From contig OZ218963.1 in assembly GCA_965112735.1 (NCBI GenBank), positions 2,356,001 to 2,420,000 of the forward strand: 64,000 bases of DNA, in the 5' to 3' direction. Under the pieces are notes generated by a model that had not been told where the DNA came from, ran no database searches, and worked only from the letters and a program-made list of their open reading frames with translations. The first letter of the stretch is position 1. Each line of letters starts with the position of its first letter. This stretch comes from Phaeosaccion multiseriatum (Eukaryota; Protista; Ochrophyta, other classes). Shown in pieces: positions 1-11,615 of this stretch. The translations under genes and the position numbers were made by a program.

Positions 1-189
1 TTACCAGCTTGCTGGCCCATGATGCTGATTCTCAGACTGCGAGTTACTTCTCTCCACTATGTGCGGTGGGGGGGGGGGGTTCGTCTTCTAGCAACGGTCT
101 TGTTAGAAGTCGTGCTTTTGCTAGACTGGTACCTCCCGGTCTGAATTCAGAGGGTAGGTACCAGTCTAGCAAAAGCACGACTTCTAACA
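1..189. mobile_element. Hairpin-ended element family A, partial (spacer plus terminal hairpin 101-189)
   Basis: 89-bp imperfect palindrome TGTTAGAAGTCG...CGACTTCTAACA preceded by the family-A spacer G-run; runs off the window start. Confidence 0.85.
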
Positions 190-627
190 GTAGCTGTGAC
201 CATTAGGGCTGGCACCTGGTTGGTACAGGAAAGAGGCATAGAGGCAGGGGTGGCGTTATGGCCAGGTAGCTAGCCAGTGCGAGGGGGGATGGGAGATAAA
301 GAATATATTGGGCATAAAGACATGAATATAAACGACTATCCCGGGCCCAGAAGAATATACTTCCACGGCGCCGAATATGCGCGAATATTCCGCGAATATT
401 CCGCGTCGAAGAGGAGAATATTCAGCCCCAGACGAAATATGCTGCTCAGAATATTTCCGGCCCTGCGGGCGGCCTAGTACTAGAGTTGGGCCTACCCCCC
501 CTGGACGTTCGTTTTCGTCTAAACAATTCGATAACACACCACAGGACCAATGTGCCAAGCTCAGGTAACATCACGCAATACTAGACCTATTCTAGGGAGG
601 AGGATAACTTGATGTTATCTGAGCTTA

Positions 628-1007
628 CTGTGATTTCGCGGTTGAGTGGCACTTTTTACGCCCAATTACGCCCCATTATTTTTTTTTTACGCCGAATGAC
701 GACTTTTTTTACGACGTTTGACGACGTTTGACGACGCTTTAGCCCCCTATTTTACGCCCCTTGACGCCCTTTGACGCCCTTTTATCTTCATTCGCCTTAA
801 TTTCGTCTAAAAAAAATCACGTAAAAAAAAATCACGGCGTAAAAGGGCGTAAAAGGCCGTAAAAGGCCGTCAAAAGGCGTCAAAGGGCGTCAAATAGGGG
901 GCTAAAGCGTCGTCAAACGTCGTAAAAAAAGTAGTCATTCGGCGTAAAAAAAAAATTAATGCGGCGTAATTGGGCGTAAAAAGTGCCACTCAACCGCGAA
1001 ATCACAG
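628..1007. mobile_element. Fold-back MITE, Tc1/mariner-type (TA TSD)
   Basis: Long TIR CTGTGATTTCGCGGTTGAGTGGCACTTTTTACGCCCAATTACGCC; TA at 626-627 and 1008-1009; splits GAGCT-TA-GCACA of the C hairpin. Confidence 0.85.
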
Positions 1008-1154
1008 TAGCACAAAAAAAAAAGGGGGGGGGGGGGGGGGGGGAAACTGTTATCCTCCCCTCGGGACGGCATGATGACGTTATCCTCCCCTCGGGACGAC
1101 TAACTTTCTCGTCACACAAGGGATCTGAACCCCCATCCTCGGAAATGTTTTTGT

Positions 1155-1475
1155 TGTTAGAAGTCGTACTTTTGCTAGACTGGTACCTACCCTCTGAATT
1201 CAGACCGGGAGGTACCAGTCTAGCAAAAATACGACTTCTAGCAAGCCCATTGCTAGAAGTCGAACCCCCCCCCCCCACCGCACGTAGTGGAGAGCAGTAA
1301 CTCGCAGTCTGGGAATCAGACTAATGGGTCAGCAAGCCAGCAAGCCGGTACCAGTTTTCGCCGAAAAATACGCTTTTTTCACAAGCGACAGCCAGGATTC
1401 GAGCTCGCAATTGCCTTGTTAGAAGTCGTACTTTTGCTAGACTGGTACCTACCCTCTGAATTCAGACCGGGAGGT
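1155..1475. mobile_element. Hairpin-ended element family A (H-S-truncated H)
   Basis: H 1155-1243, spacer, second H from 1417 truncated at 1475. Confidence 0.85.
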
Positions 1476-1499
1476 GCTAAGCTCAGATAACATCAAATT

Positions 1500-2311
1500 A
1501 TAGGGGAGGGGGGGGGGGGTCGTGGGTGATGGCCGCTACCATGGTTGTGAGCGACATAGCATTTGCAAGGAGGAATTGGCTTGGCTTATGAAGAAGCCGG
1601 GCGGGGCCTGAGCATGGCGAACCATAGAAGCGCTTGTGTGAGTACCCGGGGGTGCATTTGGAGAAGCGTCTGAAGGAAAGGGGGAACTCTATTTGGAGGC
1701 GTTAGCCGAAGTGAAATGGGCTGCGGACCTGGACAGTCGGAGCAGAGTTGAGGGACTTGACATTTGCTGGAGGGACATGTAGTTCAAGTGTGGTGAAGCT
1801 GGGTCAGGCTCAATTACGTATTATTAGGTAGGCAGGACAGTAAGTCAATGATGTGGGACGCGGACGTTTTGAGGCCTTGGTTGGCCCCTCCGCACTCCTG
1901 AACCCGTAAAGACCAATTGGATTGCTTCCTTAAACAAGGGAGCTGTCCAGGGTCTTAGGGTGGGAAAGCCCTAGTTATTAATACACTTGGTGCCAGCATT
2001 GGACTCTTATCTCTCCCCTCTTGGGCCCGGAACGGAGCGCTCAGCTTGGGGGTGCCTTCCTCCTCATAATAGAGGGAGGTGCCGGCCCCACACAAGCACC
2101 GTGGCAGCAGACTGAGTGAAGGAGTTTCCATTGTGAAGGACGTTTTGGAGTTTCTGTGTTCGGCGGCTGATTGGATAGGCACTGTTTTATATAAGACGAT
2201 CAAAGGGTGCATTCAGCTGGTCAAGGGGAACGAGAGCAGAGAGCGGACTCAAGATGTTGAGATAGTTTAGTAATGTGTTTACAGTTGTAGGAGAAGAGGA
2301 GGGGGGGGGGG
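1500..2311 (+). repeat. Diverged inverted copy of the 3' region of the 2312-6921 LTR element, ending in a polypurine tract
   Basis: 1520-1788 and 2093-2270 are reverse-complement matches to ~2650-3150; GGAGAAGAGGAGGGGGGGGGGG at 2290-2311. Confidence 0.7.
1789..2092. mobile_element. Solo LTR (304 bp) with 4-bp TSD
   Basis: TGTGG...CCACA, CAAG on both sides; empty site seen in the homologous region near 2875; 5' fragment repeated at ~32920-32985. Confidence 0.75.
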
Positions 2312-3137
2312 TGCTGCGATGTCCCTCCCGCACTATGATACGTAAGCTGTTGTGTGTGTCAACTAATATATATTGCCCTTAACAGAACCATAAACGTAGT
2401 ACGTAGAAGAGGCCCAGAGTTTCAGATCCCCAAGTGTGGACGTTATCAGTATTGGGCATCCCACAGACCCCAATAATGATCATATCACAACACCCCCCTT
2501 GGACCTAAACTCACTCTCTCCTAAACAGTCAACACATGTAAGATAGCAAGTAAAACGCATGTAAAACCTCGCTACCTCAGTACCTAATCACTAATCACTA
2601 ACCCAAGCTATCCCAAGACTAACCCAAGCTAAACTAAAACCCAAAACTACTTCAACATCTTCGAAACCAGGTACTTGTGCACCTGTGGAGTCAAAGCCTT
2701 GGTCATGATGTCCCCAAGCTGCTCCTTCGTGTTCAGATACTGCTCTCGTTCCCCTTGACCAGCTGAATGCACCCTTCATCGTCTTCATATAAAACAGTGC
2801 CTGTCCCATCAGCCTCCGAACACAGAAACTCATGTCCTTCACAATGGAAACTCCTTCACTCAGTCTGCTGCCACGCTGCTTGGACTACATGTCCCTCCAG
2901 CAAATGTCAAGTCCCTCAACACTGCTCCGACTGTCCAGGTCAGCAGCCCATTTCACTTCGGCTAACGCCTCCAAATAGAGTCCCCCCTTTCCTTCAAACG
3001 CTTCTCCAAATGTACCCCCGGGTACTCACACAAGCGCTTCTATGCTTCGCCATGCTCAGGCCCCGCCCGGCTTCTTCATAAGCCGAGTCAATTCCTCCTT
3101 GCAAATGCTATGTCGCTCACAACCATGCTAGCGGCCA

Positions 3138-5792
3138 TCACCCACGAACCCACCCGACTATCACACAGTCAGCCTGTTCGTCTTCAATGCCACTTGCCTC
3201 TAGGCGCTTCCACAATTGCTCACAAGTCTTAGCTGGTGACCCATACACATGTCCACCCAAGACTTCATGCCACTCTAACGTAGCACCCATATACCCCTCT
3301 ACAGGAAGACTCAAAATCCAGTCCCCCTCTTGTGTGCACAACTTGCTCACCCTTGGTCCTGCTTCCGCGTTGACCTCTCCCATACAGATCTTGCTCGCAC
3401 CGAACCCTCGTACCACGCTGACCTCTCCCATACTTCCCTGTAGGTACCGCATCCCAGTCCGTCTCCTGGGCGCCTCTGTCGCCCTCCCTGGCTGTCTCAT
3501 ACATCCAATAACGACTGGCCTGCATAGGTTCCAGGTTCTGCTCTGCCTTGCTCTGCTCTGCCTTGCTCTGCTCTGCCCTGATCTGGCTGCTCTGCTCTCT
3601 GTTGTGCTGTACGCTGCCTTCGCTGCACTCTCTGCAGCGCTCTTGCGGCGCTGTCTGCCGCTCTGTCCGACACAATAACGACTGGCCTGCATAGGTTCCA
3701 GGTTCTGCTCTGCCTTGCTCTGCTCTGCCTTGCTCTGCTCTGCCCTGATCTGGCTGCTCTGCTCTCTGTTGTGCTGTACGCTGCCTTCGCTGCACTCTCT
3801 GCAGCGCTCTTGCGGCGCTGTCTGCCGCTCTGTCCGACACACTGCCTGCTGGGGCTCTGCCGGCTGTGGCTCTGCCGGCTGTGGCTCTGCCCTCTGCTGC
3901 TGCTGTGCTGTCTGACTCTTCTCTTGTGTCTCCGCTGGCTCTGCCTGCTGCCGCTCTCGCTGTGCGACTGACTCTGCCTGCCTCTGTTCTCTCTGAGCTG
4001 CCGGCTCTCCCTGCCGCTGCTCTGCTGTTGGACACATCTGTGTCTCTGCTGGCTCTGCCTGCTGTCGCTCTCGCTGTGCGACTGACTCTGCCTGCCTCTG
4101 TTCTCTCTGAGCTGCCGGCTCTCCCTGCCGCTGCTCTGCTGTTGGACACATCTGTGTCTCTGCTGGCTCTGCCTGCTGTCGCTCCCGCTGTGCGGCTGGC
4201 TCTGCCTGCCTCGTCTCTCTCTGAGCTGCCGGCTCTTCCTGCCGCTGCTCTGTTGTCGGACACCTCTGTGTCTCTGCTGGCTCTGCCTGCTGTCGCTCCC
4301 GCTGTGCGGCTGGCTCTGCCTGCCTCGTCTCTCTCTGAGCTGCCGGCTCTTCCTGCCGCTGCTCTGTTGTCGGACACCTCTGTGTCTCTGCTGGCTCTGC
4401 CTGCTGCCGCTCCCGCTGTGCGGCTGGCTCTGCCTGTCTGCTGTCTTTGCCCCTCTCGGGAGTGGGTCCGTCCCTGCACGACGCTGCACATACTCTCCCG
4501 CCCGGCAGCGGAGTGTCCAATGCTACCTGCTGAGCCACGGTAGACTTTCTCGTCGGTGCCACTGCCTCTACGTGCCGGTCTGCTTGCACTACTTCTGTCT
4601 GCTTCTGCGCCAGCTGCTCCGTGCTTTCCCCAATTCTCTCTCTCTCCGTGGGACTCAGGTCAGTCCCCACAAGCCCACGGTTTGCTCCTACCCCTACCGA
4701 GTTTTCTACTCCTGGGTATGTCTGGACGGCCTCTGCTGCCATCGACTCTGTTTGCCCCGGCTCTCGCTGCCGTAGCTCTACGTGCTGCTCCTCAGACAGT
4801 TGCGGCTCTGTCTGCTCAGACTCTGCACGCACTGATTGCTGCTCTGCCTCTTCCGGCTCGGCACGCTCTGGTTGCTGCTCTGCCTCCTCCGGCTCTGCAC
4901 ACGCTAGTTGCTGCTTTGCCTCCTCCGGCTCTGCACGCTCTAGTTGCTGCTCTGCCTCCTCCGGCTCTGCACACGCTAGTTGCTGCTTTGCCTCCTCCGG
5001 CTCTGCACGCTCTAGTTGCTGCTCTGCCTCCTCCGGCTCTGCACACGCTAGTTGCTGCTTTGCCTCCTCCGGCTCTGCACGCTCTAGTTGCTGCTCTGCC
5101 TCCTCCGGCTCTGCACGCTCTAGTTGCTGCTCTGCCTCCTCCGGCTCTGCACGCTCTAGTTGCTGCTCTGCCTCCTCCGGCTCTGCACACGCTAGTTGCT
5201 GCTTTGCCTCTTCCGGCTCTGTACGCAACCCTCTCTCTTCATTAGTAAGGGGCCCTCCCTCACTATCAGGACTGATTCTACGAATATCGACCGACACTTC
5301 CGTTCCACCATCCGTCCTATCTTCTTCTGGCTCCGGCATACCATTTTTCCGTATGCCCAGCCTAAGACTACTAACGCAGCCTTCGATGTGGGATGCACCC
5401 TCATCACCGGGACAGGTATTACGTGTGTCAGCAAACACATCCGTTCCACCATCCGCCCCCAGTACCCTACCATATTGCCTGTCAGACATCTTGGTTCTAC
5501 CAGGGTCACTAGTATTTGTTGCTGCAAGCTGAATACTTGCTATCTGCGCTTCCTCCGATCTTCTCGCTCCGGCCTCGACCGCCCATGAAGCCTTCTCAGA
5601 CCTCCGCCTCGCGAAGTCCTCCCAAGCCGCTACCTTCTTTCCAAAGGCCGCTATTTCACTGCAGTAGGCCGCTATTTCACTACAGTCTTCGACGTTTCCA
5701 TAGTTCTCTACTTCTATATAGCGCTCCCTCACTTTCTTCATGAGAGATTGTGCCTTCTCCAACTCTGTCCAGGCTGCCAATTCCTCTGTCAA
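3138..5792 (-). CDS. Repeat-rich coiled-coil (gag-derived?) ORF of the LTR element; upstream part 5823-6115 separated by a stop
   Basis: 884-aa ORF with 36-bp (EPEEAEQQLERA) and 114-bp tandem units; no recognisable catalytic motif. Confidence 0.5.
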   Translation of the reverse strand: MTEELAAWTELEKAQSLMKKVRERYIEVENYGNVEDCSEIAAYCSEIAAFGKKVAAWEDFARRRSEKASWAVEAGARRSEEAQIASIQLAATNTSDPGRTKMSDRQYGRVLGADGGTDVFADTRNTCPGDEGASHIEGCVSSLRLGIRKNGMPEPEEDRTDGGTEVSVDIRRISPDSEGGPLTNEERGLRTEPEEAKQQLACAEPEEAEQQLERAEPEEAEQQLERAEPEEAEQQLERAEPEEAKQQLACAEPEEAEQQLERAEPEEAKQQLACAEPEEAEQQLERAEPEEAKQQLACAEPEEAEQQPERAEPEEAEQQSVRAESEQTEPQLSEEQHVELRQREPGQTESMAAEAVQTYPGVENSVGVGANRGLVGTDLSPTERERIGESTEQLAQKQTEVVQADRHVEAVAPTRKSTVAQQVALDTPLPGGRVCAASCRDGPTPERGKDSRQAEPAAQRERQQAEPAETQRCPTTEQRQEEPAAQRETRQAEPAAQRERQQAEPAETQRCPTTEQRQEEPAAQRETRQAEPAAQRERQQAEPAETQMCPTAEQRQGEPAAQREQRQAESVAQRERQQAEPAETQMCPTAEQRQGEPAAQREQRQAESVAQRERQQAEPAETQEKSQTAQQQQRAEPQPAEPQPAEPQQAVCRTERQTAPQERCRECSEGSVQHNREQSSQIRAEQSKAEQSKAEQNLEPMQASRYCVGQSGRQRRKSAAESAAKAAYSTTESRAARSGQSRARQSRARQSRTWNLCRPVVIGCMRQPGRATEAPRRRTGMRYLQGSMGEVSVVRGFGASKICMGEVNAEAGPRVSKLCTQEGDWILSLPVEGYMGATLEWHEVLGGHVYGSPAKTCEQLWKRLEASGIEDEQADCVIVGWVRG

Positions 5793-6115
5793 TAGCTCCA
5801 GTTCTTTCGCGTAAGCAGCTAACTACCGCTCCGATTCGCTTTCATTGTCAGGAACGGCTGTCTCTCCAACTGTTCCTTCTTTCAGCTCGGAAGAGAAGGT
5901 TTGCACCTTTGACTTGTAGCTCAAACAAATCAGAGAGCTGCTGCTACCGCTGCTGCCCCCCGTGCTGCCTCCCCCTCCCGCTATGGTGCCGCCACTGCTT
6001 GACGCACCTCCGGGGCCTCCTGCCCCTGACACAACAGAGCTTCCCGCTGCTGATCCTGTGTCTAACTTGGCCAATAAGTTGGTCAGGTTTGCTATCTGCT
6101 GCTGCTGCTGCTGCA

Positions 6116-6497
6116 TGTGCTAAGTTCAGATAACGTCTTATTATCCTGAACCTCTAGTATTGCGCTAGTAATTTTGTACTAGCGCAATACTAGAGGTTCA
6201 GGATAATAAGACGTTATCTGAACTTAGCACAAAAATATTTCCGAGGTTGGGGGTTCAGATCCCTTGTGTGACCAGAAAGTTAGTCGTCCCGAGGGGAGGA
6301 TAACTCGTTAGTCGTCCCGAGGGGAGGATAACGGATATGACCCCGCAACCCGGGGAAATATTTTTGTGCTAAGTTCAGATAACGTCTTATTATCCTGAAC
6401 CTCTAGTATTGCGCTAGTAAATAATTAAAATAAAATTTTATTTACTAGCGCAATACTAGAGGTTCAGGATAATAAGACGTTATCTGAACTTAGCACA
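6116..6497. mobile_element. Hairpin-ended element family C, complete H-S-H
   Basis: Two near-perfect palindromes TGTGCTAAGTTCAG...CTGAACTTAGCACA with AT-rich loops; TSD TGCA (6112-6115/6498-6501). Confidence 0.92.
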
Positions 6498-6921
6498 TGC
6501 ATTAGCATAAACATGTCTTGTTGAGAAGGTGGATCCCCTCCACCTACTCCTGGACTAGAGATATCAGGGAACGCATCGTCCCCATCCCCGTCCTGCTCTG
6601 TCCCGCTAGCATGCCCCCCAGGCATGGGTACCGCAAGACAGCACTACGTCTCCTGTTGATTTACACTCACTTCGTTTTCTGCCGCTGAACAATTAAATTG
6701 CGGAACCAGCTAGCTGTAAAGATGTTCGCGACAATTGTCGTGTTGCGATGTCCCTCCCGCACTATGATACGTAAGCTGTTGTGTGTGTCAACTAATATAT
6801 ATTGCCCTTAACAGAACCATAAACGTAGTACGTAGAAGAGGCCCAGAGTTTCAGATCCCCAAGTGTGGACGTTATCAGTATTGGGCATCCCACAGACCCC
6901 AATAATGATCATATCACAACA

Positions 6922-7153
6922 CCTCTTGGCCAAGGTCAGCTGCCTTCGGGATTCTTAGGGGTTGTAAAGAGTCACGTTGCTCTCCACCTAGGATAGGAGT
7001 AGCCGCATGGATAAGGTAATAGCAACCCCAAAGCCAGCCTGGCAGCCAGCCTTGTCTCTATTAGCTTTATCCGTGAGCCATCCTAAACGACCAACCTGCT
7101 GGGAGGTGAGTGAGAAACGGGCTGGGCCATTGACATAATACTGGCTTTCAACA
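6922..7153 (-). mobile_element. 5' LTR (6963-7153) plus leader of TRIM family 1
   Basis: Matches 13061-13324 with an internal deletion. Confidence 0.8.
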
Positions 7154-8014
7154 CATCGCACTGAAAGGCACAGCCTCCAAACCGGCCGCGAGCGCCTCCT
7201 CCGCTGCCACCACACCGACCTCGCTCGCCACTTCCACCTCCGCCTCCCCCGCCCTGACCCACTGCTGCTGCTGCAGTAGCTCCGGCGCCTCGGCGTCTCG
7301 GCGTCACCTTCTGAGCCGGCCACAGCACTGAAACTCACAACCGCGCGGGCCAGCGCACTGAAACTCACGGCCTCCAAACCTTCAGCGAGCACCTGCTCCG
7401 CTGCCAGCACCACACCTCCCCGCTCACCACCTCCACCACCTCCACCACCCCCTCCGCCTCTGCCACCTGCGGCTGCGGCGGTGGTAGCGGCAACAGCGAC
7501 TCCTCCTTGCCCTCCGCGCCGGCCAGCGCAGGGCAACGCACAGCCTCCAAACATGCCGCGAGCGCCTCCTCCGCTGCCGGTACACCATCCACGCTCACCA
7601 CCTCCACCACCTCCACCACCCCCTCCGCCTCCGCCACCGGCGACGGCGGCTGCGGGAGCGGCAAAAGCGACTCCTCCCCGCCCTCCGCTCCGGCCATCGC
7701 ACTGAAATTCACAGCCTCCAATCCGGCCGCGAGAGCCTCCTCCGCTGCCACCACACCGTCCCCGCTCACCACCTCCACCACCGCCTCCCCCGCCCCCACC
7801 CACTGCTGCTGCTGCAGTAGCTCCGGCGCCGCGGCGGCACCTTCTGAGCCGGCCACAGCACTGGAACTCACAGCCTCCATGCCTCCCTCCTTTACCCCCG
7901 CCGCCGCCTCCACCCCCGCCGCCGCCTGCATCGGCGGCGGCGGCAGCGACTGCTGATGCTGCCTCTGCTGCTGCGAGCGGAGCTTGACCCTGCCCAGACG
8001 CCGCATGTGCGCTG

Positions 8015-8216
8015 TGTTGGAAGGCCTCAGAGTGAGAAGGACCATAAGTCAATGGTCGGTGTGTCCTATATTACGTAGATTCTGAGTGGAGGAGGACGTC
8101 AGAACGGTGATCTTGGTATAAGGAGAGCCTAGCCTAGCAGGGCTTGCAAACGGGTTCCATCCCGTATAATATATCAAGGGTTACCACTTGTCTAAGCGGC
8201 TTAGGTCGCTTTTACA
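8015..8216 (+). mobile_element. 5' LTR of a gypsy-type element
   Basis: TGTTGGAAGG...TTTTACA; TATAA at ~8117; AAACGGGTT (8148-8156) complementary to AACCCGTTT (8216-8224). Confidence 0.65.
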
Positions 8217-8483
8217 ACCCGTTTTGACACAATTGCTGATGAGGATATCCGAAAAACAAAGGAAGGAGAGGCAGGACAGGACAGGACCGGGAAGGCAGGA
8301 GGCACACAGGCCATCTAGGACCAGACTCGGAGGCGGTAGGCAGTACCAGCACACGGCCTACAGGGGACAGTGGCTGCCACAGCGGTGGGCAGAGGATAGG
8401 CAGCAGGCAGGGAGCGAACAGCAGAAGCGGCACAGCAGTGTGGGGGTGACGTGAGGGGCGCTCGGTCGGCCACAGCGGCACCC

Positions 8484-11160
8484 ATGGCGGATTCTCCCAC
8501 CAGTGTGGTCCCGAGTGGTGTTCTGACTCGCGCCCAGCGCGCTGCCGCTGAGGAAACACGTGCTGCAGGCGAGGCAACAGCGACGGTCACGCCCCCATCT
8601 ACGCCTCGTACGTCAGGATTTCTTCAGCGTCTCTCTGGTGGCCTCACTGGGTTCCTCTCTCGGCAGTCGGCGGCCCTCTCGGCGGCTGACGAGGCGGAGG
8701 TGGACGCTCAGGCTGAGCGGGATGTGGACCGGGTTATCCAGGCGGGCGATCTGCATGCTGCTGCCCTCGAGGCTGATGCCGCGGCTGGAGCAGCAGGAGG
8801 AGGAGGAGGAGGAGGCGGAGGAGGAGGAGGAGGCGGAGGAGGAGGAGGAGGAGGCGGAGGCGGCAGCTGACGCAGTCACGGCGGAGGCACAGGAGGAGGA
8901 GGCGGAGGAGGAGGAGGAGGAGGAGGAGGAGGAGGAGGAGGAGGAGGAGGAGGAGGAGGAGGAGGAGGAGGAGGAGGAGGAGAAGGAGGAGGAGGAGGAG
9001 GAGGAGGAGGAGGAGGAGGAGGAGGAGGAGGAGGAGAAGGCGGATGAGGAGGAGGCGGAGGAGAAGGAGGCGGAGGAGGAGGCGGAGGAGGCAGCTGCCG
9101 CAGTGACGGCGGAGGCACCGGCGGGGCAGGAGAAGGAAGAGGCTCAGAAGGCGACGGCAGAGGAAACGGAGGAGGAGGCGGAGGAGGAGGCGGAGGAGGA
9201 GGAGGAGGAGGAGGAGGAGGCGAAGGAGGAGGAGGAGGAGGCGGAGGAGAAGGAGGAGGCGGAGAAGGAGGAGAAGGAAGAGGCTCAGAAGGCGACGGAG
9301 GAGGAGCAACCAATGTCGGAGGGGCTGGAGGCGGAGGAGACGGTGGTGGATTACGGGCACGAGGCTCGACAGACTGGTGCAGCAGCCGATGCAGCAATAG
9401 CAGCAGCGCTCTTTGGGGCTGAGCTGCAGGCAGAGGTTGAGGCCGCTGCACAGGGGCCGGCATGCGGGCTGGTGGGGGCGACGGCGGAGGCACAGCGGCG
9501 GGTCTGGAGGGCCCGACAGGTGGTGGTCATGCGGCGGTGGCGTGAAGGGCATGTGTTCCGCTGCCCTGCGTCTGCGGCTGCTGACGTGCCCCGGGGGGTC
9601 ATGGCTCTGCCGCTCGGGGTTCCTCCATGGGAACAGTCTCTCCGTGACCCCAGCCTGCTTCGGGAGTGGGTGTGGGCGGCGCAGGAGTGGGTGATCAGCG
9701 ACGCACAGACAGCTACGCAAGCTGCACAGCGCTGGGCGGCAGAGTGCGCGGCCGCTCAAGCGCGGGTGCTGATGTGGGCGGCCGAAACGTTTGTGATTCC
9801 GCCGGCTGGCCGTCGCGTGCCTTCGGGGGTGGGGGTTGGGCCTTCAGCCGCGACGGCAGGGCGTTCTGCTCTGCTGGTCGACGACTGCGATGATTTCGAC
9901 GCGCTGCTCGCGGAGCACGTCACCCTGCTGCCGGAGTGTAGTGGTGCTCTTCCTGCATTGTCTCCGACGGCGAAGGCGTGCCGAGCAGCTGCGCTCCTGG
10001 CACCAGCTGCCGAATCGGTGGAGAGGGAGTGCGTCAGTGGGTGCTCTCTGAGTGCGGAACGGGAGCCCTGTGAGGTGTGCGTGCAGCGAGCGAGGGTGGA
10101 GATGGCGGCGCTTTCAGTTACTGACGATACAGGGGCAGCGTATCTGCGGCGGGAGGCGAGGCGGAAGCAGATTGAGATGACTCTGGCGATTAAGCAGACA
10201 GGGCGTACCGGGGTGACGGTCAATCCGCGTGGGCATACGGTATCAGTGGTGCTTCAGTCTGCCCTTCAATTGCGCGAGCAGCTGTCACGGGCTCCGGTGT
10301 CGCTCACGGTGCAGGCCTTGGTGGACACCGGCGCCACTCACACGTGTGCCTCACGTGCGACCTTTGATCGTGGCGTCGCCGCAGGGGTCTTTCAGGTGCG
10401 CGATTTGGCGGAGGAACGAGTGGCAGTTCGGTACGCCACGACTCAGGCCGCTACTTCAGCCTCGCTCGGTCGGGTGTGGGTGCAAATCGCCCTCACGCCT
10501 ACGTGTCAGCCGGTGGTGGCCATGTGGGTAGTGGAGCACCTCGCCCGTCCCTTGATATTAGGCCAAGACGTGCTCACAATGGTGGGGGCGGTTACTGACC
10601 ACAAGGTTCATCAGCTGTACGTGCATCCAACGGAGGCGAGTTCCTCGTCGTCGGAGCCGCGGTCGGAGGTTGACGACACCATCGCCGTGGCCGCTGTCAG
10701 CTCGGGGGAGTGTCAGGTGCTGGCGACTGAGGCACTACGACTCGCCCCGGGCGGCAAGGCCGCGCTCGTGCTGGAGGTGGACGGGGGCGTCGCAGGCGGA
10801 CGTCTCAGTGTGGAGTTGGGTGCCCGCGGGCCGTTGCAGGCGCAGCAGGAGGCATTGTGGTGGCTGAATCACGAGCAAGTCCTGGTGAGTCGTGCGGCGT
10901 GCGTGGTCGGTGCCACGCAGCAGTGGAGCATCGGTATACACAATCAGCATAATGAGACGATCGTCGTGGTCCCTGGGCAGGCTGTGGGCGTGGGCACGTA
11001 TCTGCTGGCGGAGGAGGATCGGCGAGCAGCGGTGGAGGTGGCGTTATGTGAGCCGGCGCCTCTTGGTGCGCAGTGCACGCCGCTAGGGGCCCTTCGTCCG
11101 CTCCCGCGTCGATGGGCACGCTGGGGTGCGTCTCGTGGTGTGGTCGGTGGCGAGGAGCGT
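8484..11160 (+). pseudogene. Gypsy gag-protease region, frameshifted within a (GAG)n tract and truncated before RT
   Basis: ATG 8484 ORF shifts into the 8560 frame; aspartic protease motif ALVDTGATHT...LILGQDVL; long poly-Glu. Confidence 0.75.
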
Positions 11161-11410
11161 GGTGGTGGTGTCGGTGGCGGACGTGCAGCAGCAGCCGGAG
11201 GAGGAGGAGGAGGAGATGGCGGAGGAGGCGGAGGAGGAGGCGGAGGAGGCGGAGGAGGAGTAGGAGGAGGCTCAGAAGGCGAAGGAGGAGGAGGAGGAGG
11301 AGGAGATGGCGGAGGCGGCGAAGGTGGAGGAGGAGGACGTGCAGCAGCAGCCGGAGGAGGAGGAGGAGGAGATGGCGGAGGAGGCGGAGGAGGATGCGGA
11401 GGAGGTGGAG

Positions 11411-11491
11411 TGTTAGAAGTCGTACTTTTGGTACCTCCCGGTCTGAATTCAGAGGGCAGGTATCAGTCTAGCAAAAGTACGACTTCTAACA
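11411..11491. mobile_element. Solo family-A hairpin
   Basis: 81-bp TGTTAG...CTAACA; TSD GGAG (inside a GGA-rich tract, so weak evidence on its own). Confidence 0.8.
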
Positions 11492-11615
11492 GGAGGAGGA
11501 GTAGGAGGAGGCTCAGAAGGCGAAGGAGGCGGAGGAGGAGGAGGAGATGGCGGAGGCGGCGAAGGTGGAGGAGGAGGAGGAGGCAACGACGGAGCGCCCC
11601 GACAGGCGTGGCTCG

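Larger units (their letters stand above)
551..1497. mobile_element. Hairpin-ended element family C (diverged), hosting a MITE and a family-A element
   Basis: TGTGCCAAGCTCAGGTAACATCA...TGATGTTATCTGAGCTTA|GCACA; 1050-1154 is the reverse complement of the C spacer at 6232-6364; resumes GTGCTAAGCTCAGATAACATC at ~1474. Confidence 0.7.
2312..6921 (-). mobile_element. Non-autonomous copia-related LTR element (LARD-like), LTRs 2312-2492 and 6741-6921
   Basis: Two near-identical 181-bp TG...CA repeats; PPT (C-run 2493-2498 on +); leader resembles that of the copia at 62560-62595; no TSD match. Confidence 0.85.

Noticed and set aside
9-206. Recurrent small ORFs such as LVPPGLNSEGRYQSSKSTTSN, LEVVLLLDWYLPSEF, HVRRHPFARL and VESQYYVNGP
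   Set aside because: Translations of non-coding hairpin arms and LTRs; starts and stops vary between copies.
290-480. Helitron 3' end (GCCCTGCGGGC hairpin then CTAG-T) with GAATATTC repeats
   Set aside because: Single short motif, no second copy or 5' end visible; not enough to call.
8225-8265. Hammerhead ribozyme core CTGATGA-GGATATCC-GAAA
   Set aside because: Could not build stem I and stem III with a valid NUH cleavage site; not seen in related leaders.
8613-9759. Poly-Leu/Pro/Ser antisense ORFs (also 3187-5588, 6988-8052, 19659-20576, 36581-36931)
   Set aside because: Shadow frames of GAG/GGA/GGGA microsatellites and GC-rich repeats.
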